Notes under the pieces: generated by a model | The model's input: the letters and a program-made list of their open reading frames with translations, nothing else | What the model was told of the DNA's origin: nothing | Databases searched by the model: none | Assembly: GCA_965204755.1 (NCBI GenBank) | Contig: OZ242011.1 | Span: 2,976,001 to 3,040,000, forward strand | DNA: 64,000 nucleotides | DNA from: Candidatus Marinacidobacterium sp. | GTDB lineage: Bacteria > Acidobacteriota > Vicinamibacteria > Marinacidobacterales > Marinacidobacteraceae | Reading direction: 5' to 3' | Position numbers and translations under genes: made by a program | In this document: positions 18,805 to 27,966 of the stretch, piece after piece | Layout of the letters: each line of letters begins with the position of its first letter | Numbering within the stretch: the stretch's first letter is position 1

Positions 18805-19008
18805 AGTCGAGGCGACGATGTCAGCCGAGAAGTCCCCCACGCCGACTTCCGCGTCCTCCTACTCCAGTTCCATTCCCAGGGTTTCTCCGAGAAACTGCAA
18901 GTTCTCGCCCATCGCGAGCCACGGAGTGAAGTCCTCCGCCTCATGTCTCCACACTTCCCGCACGCCCACGCGGCGCAGTCGAGAAAGTTACTCGATGATG
19001 TGATTCAT
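18805..19008 (-). pseudogene. Truncated paralog of the DUF4268 gene (5' ~68 codons, two in-frame stops)
   Basis: MNHIIE*LSRLRRVGVREVWRHEAEDFTPWLAMGENLQFLGETLGMELE*EDAEVGVGDFSADIVA aligns codon-for-codon with the N-terminus of 13433-14401; TAA 18988-18990, TAG 18859-18861. Confidence 0.9.
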
Positions 19009-19046
19009 GGTGTGGGTCGCACAGCCGATAGAGCTAATGTCGTCTA

Positions 19047-19613
19047 CTACCGTGGGCAGTGCGTGTACCCCATGGCGCGGTCGACGCCCTCCAGGAACAC
19101 ACGAAAACTCGAAGACCGGTTGCCCTCGCGGCCGAGACAGCCGGACATGGCTCTGGCTCCCGCGACCTTGCCGAAGCCGGGGACGAGTTTCCCGATCATC
19201 TGTGACGGGTTGCCGATGGTGTCCGGATTTCGGAATTGCGCTTTGGCCGCGAGTCGCGCCAGTTTCGGGTCATTGAAGGCGACGGCCATGGCGTGGGGGT
19301 CTCCAAGATACCAGGCCTCCAATTCGCGACACGCGATGCGAACGACCGCACCCGGCTTCCCGGCTCGTTCACACAACGTCGCGAGGTGTTGCTTGACGGC
19401 CTCGCACTCGGCGGCGTCCTGATCCCGCAAGACCACGAACCGAGTGTCGGGCGTGCGCCAAGCGCGGAGTTTTCTCCCGACACTCCGGTCGAGGTCGGCC
19501 TTCCCTTCATGGGTGATGAGGCGGAATCGCAGGCTGGGGAAGAAGCGAGGCAGGAGACCGTTCAGGAACTCCCTCATGGAGCGGTCCTCCACGAAGAAGA
19601 CGACCTCGCTCAT
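19047..19613 (-). CDS. DUF4276-family (TOPRIM-like) protein
   Basis: VFFVEDRSM, HEGKADL, VVLRDQD, RIACRELEAWYLGD, NRSSSF; ATGA-coupled to the ATPase. Confidence 0.8.
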   Translation of the reverse strand: MSEVVFFVEDRSMREFLNGLLPRFFPSLRFRLITHEGKADLDRSVGRKLRAWRTPDTRFVVLRDQDAAECEAVKQHLATLCERAGKPGAVVRIACRELEAWYLGDPHAMAVAFNDPKLARLAAKAQFRNPDTIGNPSQMIGKLVPGFGKVAGARAMSGCLGREGNRSSSFRVFLEGVDRAMGYTHCPR

Positions 19614-20785
19614 TGGGGCTCGGCTCCCGGGAACAGGCCTTGTTTCCACAGAGTCCCCGGACGATCTCCTTCCTCAACCAGTGCGCGGATCTGTTTGTCG
19701 TGGGAGGCGCGCCGGGCGATGCTGACGCCGTTGCTCTTGACGAGCCAGAAGACTTCGTCCAAGTTGGCGGCATTGAGGAAATCCGGAGAATGGGTCGAGA
19801 CGAAGACTTGGCCTCCCTGACGAGCGTAGCCACGAAACTCCTCTGCGAGTTCTTCCATGAGATGAGGGTAGAGTTGGTTTTCCGGTTCCTCCACGGCCAG
19901 CAGCGGGTGCGGTTTCGGATCGTGGAGAAGCACGAGGTAGGCGAACATCTTGATCGTGCCGTCGGAGACATAGCGCGCGATGAACGGATCCTCGAACGCG
20001 CCGTCCTGAAAACGCAACATCAGCCTTCCGTCCTCTGTCGTCCGTGCTTCAACCCGTTCGATTCCAGGTATACGAGACTTCATCACCTCCAGAATTCGGT
20101 CGAAGCGATCGCGATGGTTCTCATAGAGGAATTTGGCGACCGGTGCGACATTCTCGCCGCGCGATGACAGATGTTCAGCGTAGACGGCATCGACGCTCGG
20201 ACGAGCTTCGGAGATGTGAAAGTCAGAGATGTACCAGTTCTCGATGATGTTGCGGAACTCCGAGACGACGCGGAAATCACGAAACTGACCGAGCCCCTTG
20301 ATGGCAGGAACGCTGGGATCGTCCAGCCGGAACTCTTTGCGTTCTTCCTTTACGTCCTCCTGTCCATAGGCAGATTCATTGGTGATGGCCACCCCGGATC
20401 CGCCTCGGAACGAAAGAAATTGCCACGGTTTGCCGCGGGCGCCTCGGCGGTACTGCAGGATCTCCCTGCGGATGACGACACGGCCGGAGTCCTCGGCCAC
20501 TTCAAGGATGTAGGTCGCGAGGCGACCGCCACTCTCGCGGAACTTGATCGTGATCGCGACAGCCCCCTTCTGCGCGCGCGTCGTGAGTTCCTGAAGTCCA
20601 CCTCGACGAGCGACCGCGATCGCGACATTGGAGGTAAGGGACTCCTTCAGGAAACTGAAGACATCAAACAGGGTGGACTTCCCGGTTCCGTTCGCGCCGA
20701 CGACGACCGCCATGCGCGGCAAATCGGCCAGCACCGTCCGGTGGAGACAGCGGTAGTTGCGAATCTCGATTCGTGTGATGTGCAT
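19610..20785 (-). CDS. AAA_21/ABC-type ATPase (defence-associated)
   Basis: IEIRNYR, Walker A GANGTGKS, VSDGT, Walker B VEEPENQLYP, VSTHSP; start re-called at MHITRIEI; TAGAAT -10 about 60 nt upstream. Confidence 0.88.
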   Translation of the reverse strand: MHITRIEIRNYRCLHRTVLADLPRMAVVVGANGTGKSTLFDVFSFLKESLTSNVAIAVARRGGLQELTTRAQKGAVAITIKFRESGGRLATYILEVAEDSGRVVIRREILQYRRGARGKPWQFLSFRGGSGVAITNESAYGQEDVKEERKEFRLDDPSVPAIKGLGQFRDFRVVSEFRNIIENWYISDFHISEARPSVDAVYAEHLSSRGENVAPVAKFLYENHRDRFDRILEVMKSRIPGIERVEARTTEDGRLMLRFQDGAFEDPFIARYVSDGTIKMFAYLVLLHDPKPHPLLAVEEPENQLYPHLMEELAEEFRGYARQGGQVFVSTHSPDFLNAANLDEVFWLVKSNGVSIARRASHDKQIRALVEEGDRPGTLWKQGLFPGAEPQ

Positions 20786-21249
20786 GGCGAGACGGCCTGA
20801 GAGAAGTGCGGGCGGCACCGAAGGCGGGCCGACGCGGCCCGCGAATTCTAACCGGAGCGGGTCCGGTAGGTCAGCGGGGTGAGCACCGCGTGGAGCCGTG
20901 GGGCGCATCAGGCATAGGCGCTTGAAAGGGCGGGGGCGAGCGGCGGCACGGGCCACCGGAAGAGGGGCGACTGGTCTTTTTCGTTCGGATGGCCGGTAGT
21001 CCGCTCCGGAGAGCGACCGGGGAGGCAGCCGGGACGTTCAGGGCACAGGAAGGCATGTTCTCTCGTGGTAGCCTTTCCGGCTGCTGGCCATTCCGGCGTC
21101 GGCGTTCCCGGTCGGGGTGGGGTCGGCGGGCGCGGCGGTCGTTTCGCGCTTCGAGAGCGCCGACTTCGAGTCGCGCCGGGGGGCGCCCGGCGCGGTGGCC
21201 GTTCTGCTCCCTTCTCCTCCGGTCAGCCGAGGGCTGATCGTGGTGTCCG

Positions 21250-22527
21250 ATGCCCTTCCTGCCGGGGCGCGTTTCGCGCCCGTTCGCCGCCGGCGCCCTT
21301 CTCGTGGCGGCAGCCTCGTTCGGGGCCGCGCCTTCGGCGGCCGGCCAGCGGCTCGCGGGGGCCGGGAGCGGCTCCCCCTGGGCGGGGGAGGGGAGCGCCG
21401 ACGAGTCGCGGTTCCTGAGCCGGGTCCGGCGGCTGACCGTGGAGGGGCGGCGGGCCGGGGAGGGGTACTTCTCGCCGGACGGACGGGAGATCGTCTTCCA
21501 GTCGGAGCGCGAGCCGGGCAACCCGTTCTTCCAGATCTACCTCCTGTCGTTCGAGACCGGCGAGACGCTGCGGGTCTCCCCGGGGACCGGCAAGACGACC
21601 TGCGCCTTCATCTCGCCGAGCGACGGCGGGGTCCTCTTCGCGTCCACGCACCTCGACCCCGGGTCGGTGGAGTTGCAGCGGGAGGAGATCGAGTTCCGGG
21701 AGAGCGGGCGGGAGCGCCGCTACTCCTGGGACTACGACCCGGCGATGGACTTGTTCGCTTGGGACCGGGACACGGGGGAGTTGACCCGGTTGACCGAGGC
21801 GCGGGGCTACGACGCCGAGGCCAGTTACTCGCCGGACGGGGAATGGATCGCGTTCACTTCGATGCGCTCGCTGTTCGAGGACGAGTTGACGGAGCGCGAA
21901 CGGCGGCTGGCGGAAGTGGACCCGTCCTACTTCGGCGAGATCTGGATCATGCGCGCCGACGGCAGCGGGAAGACCAGACTCACGAACGCTCCCGGCTACG
22001 ACGGGGGGCCGTTCTTCTTCCCGGACGGGGAGCGGATCGTGTGGCGGCGGTTCAGCGAGGACGGCGTGATCGCGGACATCTATTCCATGCGGCGGGACGG
22101 CAGCGACCTCCGCAGGTTGACCGACTTCGGCTCCATGAGTTGGGCGCCGTATGTCCATCCGTCCGGCGAATACCTGCTCTTCGCCTCGAACAAACTCGGC
22201 TTCAGCAACTTCGAGGTGTACATGGTGGACACCGCGGGCGAGAAGGAGCCGATCCGCGTTACGACGACGGACGGCTTCGACGGCCTGCCGGTGCCGACCC
22301 CGGACGGGCGCGGCCTCGCTTGGACCTCCACCCGCCACGGGGAAGGCTCCGGCGGACAGATCTACCTGGCCGACTGGAACCACGAGGAAGCGCTGGCCGC
22401 GCTCGTCGCCGCGCCGGCCCGGCGTTCGGCGTCGGAGACGCCGCATGAACCACGATCCGGGAACGGGATCGTTCGGCGTCTTGGCATGGACCGGATGCCT
22501 CGGAAGCCATCGGGGAAGCACGAATGA
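21250..22527 (+). CDS. Exported TolB-like PD40 beta-propeller protein
   Basis: Signal peptide; repeats EGYFSPDG, EASYSPDG, GPFFFPDG, APYVHPSG, PVPTPDG. Confidence 0.88.
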   Translation: MPFLPGRVSRPFAAGALLVAAASFGAAPSAAGQRLAGAGSGSPWAGEGSADESRFLSRVRRLTVEGRRAGEGYFSPDGREIVFQSEREPGNPFFQIYLLSFETGETLRVSPGTGKTTCAFISPSDGGVLFASTHLDPGSVELQREEIEFRESGRERRYSWDYDPAMDLFAWDRDTGELTRLTEARGYDAEASYSPDGEWIAFTSMRSLFEDELTERERRLAEVDPSYFGEIWIMRADGSGKTRLTNAPGYDGGPFFFPDGERIVWRRFSEDGVIADIYSMRRDGSDLRRLTDFGSMSWAPYVHPSGEYLLFASNKLGFSNFEVYMVDTAGEKEPIRVTTTDGFDGLPVPTPDGRGLAWTSTRHGEGSGGQIYLADWNHEEALAALVAAPARRSASETPHEPRSGNGIVRRLGMDRMPRKPSGKHE

Positions 22528-24233
22528 CACGCAAGAATCTCCTCGACGCCCGGACGGTCGATTTCCTGGAGTTGATCGGCAACGGGCGCACTTTCTCGGT
22601 TCCGCCGTACCAGAGAGACTACTCGTGGAACACCGAGGAGTGGGACGACCTGTGGAGCGACATCGTGGAACTCCGTGACCGACCGCAGGAGAGGCACTAC
22701 ATGGGGGCTGTCCTGGTCAAGTCGAAGACGGACTTCGAATTCCTCGTTATCGACGGCCAGCAGCGGCTGGCGACACTCAGTCTGTTCGCTCTCGCCGTCG
22801 CCAAGCGTTTGAGGACTCTCGCCGACGGTGGACTCGACGCTGAGGCGAACAGGTCGCGAGCTCAGGCCCTGCATGATCGGTTCATCGGGGAAAAGGACCC
22901 CGCGTCGCTTCTGGAAGCGAGTCGGTTGTCCCTGAACGAGACGGACAACGGCTTCTACCGGGACTACTTGGTGCAGGACCGAGCCCCTTCCAACCCCACG
23001 GCGCTGCAGGGATCCAAGCGCCAGATCTGGGGCTGTTACTGCTTCTTCCTGCGAAAACTCGAAGGGGACCCGCGACTTCGAAGTGACGGAGAGGCATTGG
23101 CGAAATTCCTGTCGCTCACGGTAGCGCGCCAGTTGCTCTTCATCATGATCACCGTCGAAGACGAACTGAACGCCTACACCGTATTCGAGACGCTGAACGC
23201 CCGAGGTGTCAGCCTGACGACGACGGATCTGCTGAAGAACTACCTGATCTCTCGCGTAGAGACACCCAGCGATGTAGATGACCTGCATCGCCGCTGGCGC
23301 ACTCTCGTGGGCACGGTCAAGGAGGGGCGGTTCCCGGACTTCCTTCGATACCACCTGTTGTCCAGGCACTCGCGAATTCGACGCCCGAACCTGTTCAAGA
23401 TCGTCCGGGACCAGTTCCGCACGCTCCCGGAAGTCTTCGAACTGCTCAAGCAACTGGAGTCCAGGGCGGAGATCTTCGCTGCGCTCACGGACTCGAGCCA
23501 CGACTACTGGAAGGATCTGCCCGAGGCGGGACCCCTTATCCGAGAACAGATTCTCTTTCGGGTCCGGCAGATGACGCCGCTTCTGTTCACCGTGTGGGAA
23601 CGGTTTTCGCGTCAGGACTTCGTTCGCGTGTTGAAGTTCGTGAGCGTGATATCGTTCCGTTACAACATCGTCAGTGCGCTGAGCCGGAGTGAGTTGGAAC
23701 CTGCTTACTCTCAGGCCGCCAAGGCCGTAGCGGCCGGAGAGTCGGTGACGCCGGGCGCCGTGTTCCGGACGCTCGACTCGATCTATGTCGACGACGAGAA
23801 GATGGCGCAGGACTTTTCTCGACTCCGGATAAACACGCACAGCGTCCGAAAGAAGGTCGTTCGGTACATCTTGACTCGACTCGAGGCGGACGCATCCGGA
23901 GGCATCGTGGATCCCGATGTGGATCCGGGATCGATCGAACACATTCTGCCGGAGAATCCTGGCGAAACTTGGGAGGAGGAATTCGCGAGAGAGAGGCATG
24001 AGGCGTTCCTGTACAGAATCGGGAACCTGACCCTGCTCGAGAAGAAGGCGAACCGAGATATCGGCAACCGGCCTTACGCAGACAAGGTGGCGGTGTACGA
24101 ACGCAGCAGCTATGCGCTGGCGCGACAGGTTGCCGAGATAGCGCCGGAAGAGTGGACGCCGGCGCTCGTCGAACACCGACAGAAGAAACTGGCCGCTCGC
24201 GCCGTACAGATCTGGAGGGCCGATTTTGCCTGA
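22524..24233 (+). CDS. DUF262 + DUF1524(HNH) protein, GmrSD/SspE-like
   Basis: VPPYQRDYSW, IDGQQRL, FETLNARG, SIEHILPEN..IGNLTLL..N..N. Confidence 0.9.
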   Translation: MTRKNLLDARTVDFLELIGNGRTFSVPPYQRDYSWNTEEWDDLWSDIVELRDRPQERHYMGAVLVKSKTDFEFLVIDGQQRLATLSLFALAVAKRLRTLADGGLDAEANRSRAQALHDRFIGEKDPASLLEASRLSLNETDNGFYRDYLVQDRAPSNPTALQGSKRQIWGCYCFFLRKLEGDPRLRSDGEALAKFLSLTVARQLLFIMITVEDELNAYTVFETLNARGVSLTTTDLLKNYLISRVETPSDVDDLHRRWRTLVGTVKEGRFPDFLRYHLLSRHSRIRRPNLFKIVRDQFRTLPEVFELLKQLESRAEIFAALTDSSHDYWKDLPEAGPLIREQILFRVRQMTPLLFTVWERFSRQDFVRVLKFVSVISFRYNIVSALSRSELEPAYSQAAKAVAAGESVTPGAVFRTLDSIYVDDEKMAQDFSRLRINTHSVRKKVVRYILTRLEADASGGIVDPDVDPGSIEHILPENPGETWEEEFARERHEAFLYRIGNLTLLEKKANRDIGNRPYADKVAVYERSSYALARQVAEIAPEEWTPALVEHRQKKLAARAVQIWRADFA

Positions 24234-26034
24234 CCTGAAACCGCTTCGCGCCTCGGCGCATGTGGCTGCCGCCGCGCTCGCGGCGGCCGTCTTGGCCGGC
24301 GTATCCGCCGCCGCGCAGACGCCGGAGGATCTTCGGGCCGATGTGCTTGCGCTCACCGGTCCCGGGACCGAAGGCAGGGCGGTCGGGACCGAGGGCGCGG
24401 CGACCGCGCGGCGGTATCTCGTTTCCGAACTCACTGCCGCCGGCGCCCGACCGCTGCCCGGGCACGACGGGCTGGGCATCCCGTTCGCGTTCGTCTCCGG
24501 GGTCGAGCACCGGGGGGCGTCGCTGCGCGCCGGGGGGCACAAACGGTTCGACGGGGACCAGGTGCGGGCGTTCGCGTTCTCCGAGACCGGGGAGGTTCGC
24601 GGCGGGCTCCACTTCGCGGGTTACGGCATCACCCTGCCGGAGAACGCCGGCTTCGACTACGACAGTTACGCCGGGCAGGAAGTGGAGGACAAGGTCGTCG
24701 TCGTCCTCCGCTACGCGCCCGACGCCGACGACGAGGACCTTCGCGCGGTGCTGAACCGGCAGGCGAGTCTCCGGCGGAAGGTCGCGGCGGCGCGGGACAA
24801 CGGCGCGGTGGGGCTGGTGGTCGTCACCGGGCCCCGGTCGCCGGGCGCGGGGGAACTCGCGCCGGACGGCTTCGAGATCGCGTCGCCGGGCGGGCAGGGG
24901 ATCCTCGCGGTCTCCATCACCGGGGAAGCGGCCGAGCGGCTCTTCGCCGGCAGCGGCCTGACGCTCGAAGAAGCGCAGGACGCGCTCGACGACGGCGATC
25001 CGTCCGCGGGAGTCGGGGAGTTGCCCGGCATCGCCACGCTCTCGGTGGACTTGGCGCGGATCCGCTCCACCGGAGTGAATGTGGTCGGCGTCCTTCCGGC
25101 GGCTGACGGCAGTATCGAAGCGCCCTTCGTGGCGGTCGGCGCGCACTACGACCACCTGGGAGACGGCGGTTCGGGTTCGCTGAATCCGCACGCGCCGCCC
25201 GAAGTGCACCCCGGCGCCGACGACAACGCTTCGGGGACGGCGGCGGTGCTCGCGGTCGCCCGCGCGGTCGCCGAGAACCCGTTGTCCCGCCCGTTGCTCG
25301 TCGCCTTGTGGTCGGGCGAGGAATCGGGTCTCCTCGGTTCGACGGCGTTCGTGCGCGAAGAGATCGGCGCCGAAGACCTGTTCGCCTACCTCAACCTCGA
25401 TATGGTCGGACGGATGGAGGACAACCGGCTGCAGGTGCAGGCGATGGGGAGTTCGCCGGTCTGGCCGGGGCTGGTCGAGCGGGTGAATGTGTCCGCCGGT
25501 TTCGACCTGGCTACGAGCGACGATCCCTGGCTCCCGACGGACTCCGCCGCTTTCCACGGCGCCGGCGTTCCGACGCTGAACCTGTTCACCGGGTCGCACG
25601 CCGACTACCACCGTCCTTCCGACACCGCGGAGAAACTGAACTACCCCGACCTGTTGCGCGTGGCGGAATTCGCGGAGACGGTGGCGCGCCGCCTCGCGGG
25701 CGCCGAAGAGCGCCCCGGCTTCGTGGATGTCCCGCGCGCCGAGCGGGAGGCGCCGGCCCGCGCCGCGCTCACCGCCTACACCGGGACGATTCCCGAATAC
25801 GCCGCCGAGGTCGAAGGCCTGCTGCTCGGCGGGGTGATGGCCGACGGCCCGGCGGAGAAAGCCGGCCTCCGGAAGGGCGATGTCATCGTCGAGTTCGGCG
25901 GACGGGCGATCCTCACGATCTACGACTACATGGGCGCCCTCGAAGCGGCGCGCATCGGCGAGCCGATCGAAGTGGTCTTCCTGCGCGGCGGCGAGCGCAT
26001 GACGGCGATCCTCACCCCGACGCCCCGTCCCTGA
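24226..26034 (+). CDS. M28 metallopeptidase with PA and C-terminal PDZ domains
   Basis: GAHYDHLG, GADDNASG, WSGEESGLLGS, NLDMVG, HADYHRPSD, AEKAGLRKGDVI. Confidence 0.9.
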   Translation: MPDLKPLRASAHVAAAALAAAVLAGVSAAAQTPEDLRADVLALTGPGTEGRAVGTEGAATARRYLVSELTAAGARPLPGHDGLGIPFAFVSGVEHRGASLRAGGHKRFDGDQVRAFAFSETGEVRGGLHFAGYGITLPENAGFDYDSYAGQEVEDKVVVVLRYAPDADDEDLRAVLNRQASLRRKVAAARDNGAVGLVVVTGPRSPGAGELAPDGFEIASPGGQGILAVSITGEAAERLFAGSGLTLEEAQDALDDGDPSAGVGELPGIATLSVDLARIRSTGVNVVGVLPAADGSIEAPFVAVGAHYDHLGDGGSGSLNPHAPPEVHPGADDNASGTAAVLAVARAVAENPLSRPLLVALWSGEESGLLGSTAFVREEIGAEDLFAYLNLDMVGRMEDNRLQVQAMGSSPVWPGLVERVNVSAGFDLATSDDPWLPTDSAAFHGAGVPTLNLFTGSHADYHRPSDTAEKLNYPDLLRVAEFAETVARRLAGAEERPGFVDVPRAEREAPARAALTAYTGTIPEYAAEVEGLLLGGVMADGPAEKAGLRKGDVIVEFGGRAILTIYDYMGALEAARIGEPIEVVFLRGGERMTAILTPTPRP

Positions 26035-26069
26035 CCCGGTCGTTGTCGGACGAAGGAGCGCCGCTCCCG

Positions 26070-27869
26070 GTGGAGCGGGTGCGCAACTTCTGCATCATCG
26101 CCCATGTGGATCACGGGAAGTCCACGCTCGCCGACCGGCTGATCCAGCGCTGCGGCGGGGTTTCGGACCGCGAGTTCCGGAACCAGTTGCTCGACTCCAT
26201 GGAACTCGAGCGGGAACGCGGCATCACCATCAAGTCGAACAGCGTCTCGCTGCTCCACGAACATCGCGACGGCCAGACCTACCAGTTGAACCTGATCGAC
26301 ACGCCGGGCCATGTGGACTTCTCGCACGAGGTGCGGCGGTCGCTCATGTCCTGCGAGGGCGCGCTCCTCCTGGTGGACGCGGCGCAGGGCGTGGAGGCGC
26401 AGACCGTCGCCAACTACTTCGTGGCCATGGAGTACGACCTCGCCGTCGTTCCGGTCATCAACAAGATCGACCTTCCCGCCGCCGACCCGGAGCGCGCGCG
26501 GGAGGAGATCGACGACGAACTCGGTCTCGACCCGTTCGAAGCGGTGCTGGCTTCCGCCAAGCGCGGCGACGGCATCGGCGAAGTGCTCGACGCGATCGTG
26601 GAGAAGATCCCGGCCCCCGGCGGTGACTCGAACGCCCCGCTCCGGGCGCTGGTGTTCGACGCCCAATACGATGTCTATCGGGGAGTGGTGCTCCTGATCC
26701 GAGTCGTGGACGGGGCGATCCGCCCCGGCGACCGCGTGCGGCTGATGCACGGCGAGCGCGATTACCAGGTGGAGGAGGTGGGGCGGCTTCGACTCCGCCG
26801 GGAGTCCGTCGAGGAGTTGCCGGCGGGCGCGGTCGGTTACGCCATCTGCGGGATCCGCGCCATCCGGGACATCGCCATCGGCGACACGCTCGCCGGGGTC
26901 GAGCCCGCCGCGGAGGAAGCGCTCCCCGGATACACGGAAGCGTTGCCGGTGGTGTTCTCGTCGGTGTACCCGATTTCGACCGACGACTACGGCGAACTCG
27001 AGGCGGCGCTCGACCGGCTCTCGCTGAACGACGCCGCCCTCACTTTCGAGCGCGAGACCTCCACCGCGCTCGGTTTCGGTTTCCGTTGCGGTTTCCTCGG
27101 CCTCCTGCATCTCGATGTCGTCCAGGAGCGGCTGCAGCGCGAGTACGGGCTCTCGCTGCTTCTGTCCGCGCCGAGCGTCCGCTACCGGATCGAGACGAGC
27201 GACGGGCGGACGCGCGAAGTCGAGAACCCGGCGCTCTATCCGGATCCGACGATCATCGAGGGAACCGAGGAGCCCTACATCCGCGCTTCGATCCTCGCGC
27301 CGGAGCGTTCGGTGGGAGTGGTGATGGAACTGCTCACCGAACGGCGGATGGCGACCAGCAAGATGAACTTCCTGTCGGCCCGCCGGGTGGAAGTGGTCGC
27401 CGAACTCCCGCTCGCCGAAGTGCTCTTCGACTTCCACGACCGGTTGAAGACGGTCACCCGGGGTTACGGCAGTTACGACTACGACCTGCTCGACTACCGG
27501 CCGGTGGACCTGGTGAAAGTGGACATCCTGGTGAACGGGGAGCGGGTGGACGCGCTCAGCCAGTTGGTGGAGCGGGAGAGCGCGCGCCCCCGCGCGCTCC
27601 ACTACTGCGAGCGGCTGGCCGAGACGATCCCGATGCACAACTTCAAGATCGCCGTCCAGGGCGCCATCGGCGGCAAGATCATCGCCCGCACCAACATCCG
27701 CGCGCTTCGCAAGGATGTGACCGCGAAGTGCTACGGCGGCGACATCACCCGGAAGCGGAAACTGCTCGAACGCCAGAAGGAAGGCAAGAAACGCATGAAA
27801 CAGGTCGGGCAGGTGCAGATTCCGCAGTCGGCCTTCGTGGCCGTCCTGAAGTCGAGTCCGACCGCGTGA
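26070..27869 (+). CDS. lepA: Elongation factor 4
   Basis: RNFCIIAHVDHGKSTLAD, NLIDTPGHVDF, FRCGFLGLLH, KCYGGDITRKRKLL; GTG start after AAGGAG gives 599 aa. Confidence 0.97.
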   Translation: MERVRNFCIIAHVDHGKSTLADRLIQRCGGVSDREFRNQLLDSMELERERGITIKSNSVSLLHEHRDGQTYQLNLIDTPGHVDFSHEVRRSLMSCEGALLLVDAAQGVEAQTVANYFVAMEYDLAVVPVINKIDLPAADPERAREEIDDELGLDPFEAVLASAKRGDGIGEVLDAIVEKIPAPGGDSNAPLRALVFDAQYDVYRGVVLLIRVVDGAIRPGDRVRLMHGERDYQVEEVGRLRLRRESVEELPAGAVGYAICGIRAIRDIAIGDTLAGVEPAAEEALPGYTEALPVVFSSVYPISTDDYGELEAALDRLSLNDAALTFERETSTALGFGFRCGFLGLLHLDVVQERLQREYGLSLLLSAPSVRYRIETSDGRTREVENPALYPDPTIIEGTEEPYIRASILAPERSVGVVMELLTERRMATSKMNFLSARRVEVVAELPLAEVLFDFHDRLKTVTRGYGSYDYDLLDYRPVDLVKVDILVNGERVDALSQLVERESARPRALHYCERLAETIPMHNFKIAVQGAIGGKIIARTNIRALRKDVTAKCYGGDITRKRKLLERQKEGKKRMKQVGQVQIPQSAFVAVLKSSPTA

Positions 27870-27966
27870 CGATTCGGGGAGGAATCGCCGTGCCGCCCCC
27901 TCTTCGACCGGGAGGCATGAAGTCCGGGTCCGGTCGGCCCGGGGCGCCGGGATCGAGACGGGTTCG

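Noticed and set aside
18805-19008. In-frame TAG/TAA as stop-codon recoding
   Set aside because: Two different stops plus truncation, and TAG ends intact genes elsewhere (1615, 6404, 14728, 19047); a pseudogene is simpler
20786-21249. 464-bp divergent spacer as a possible RNA gene or IS remnant
   Set aside because: No terminal inverted repeats, transposase fragment or known RNA motif seen
25308-26069. Apparent long N-terminal extension of LepA (and similar extensions on ORFs 11482, 28461, 40334-42841, 45958, 47679-50459, 60999)
   Set aside because: Off-frame overlap with the upstream real gene; true starts are internal with an RBS or a 4-bp overlap
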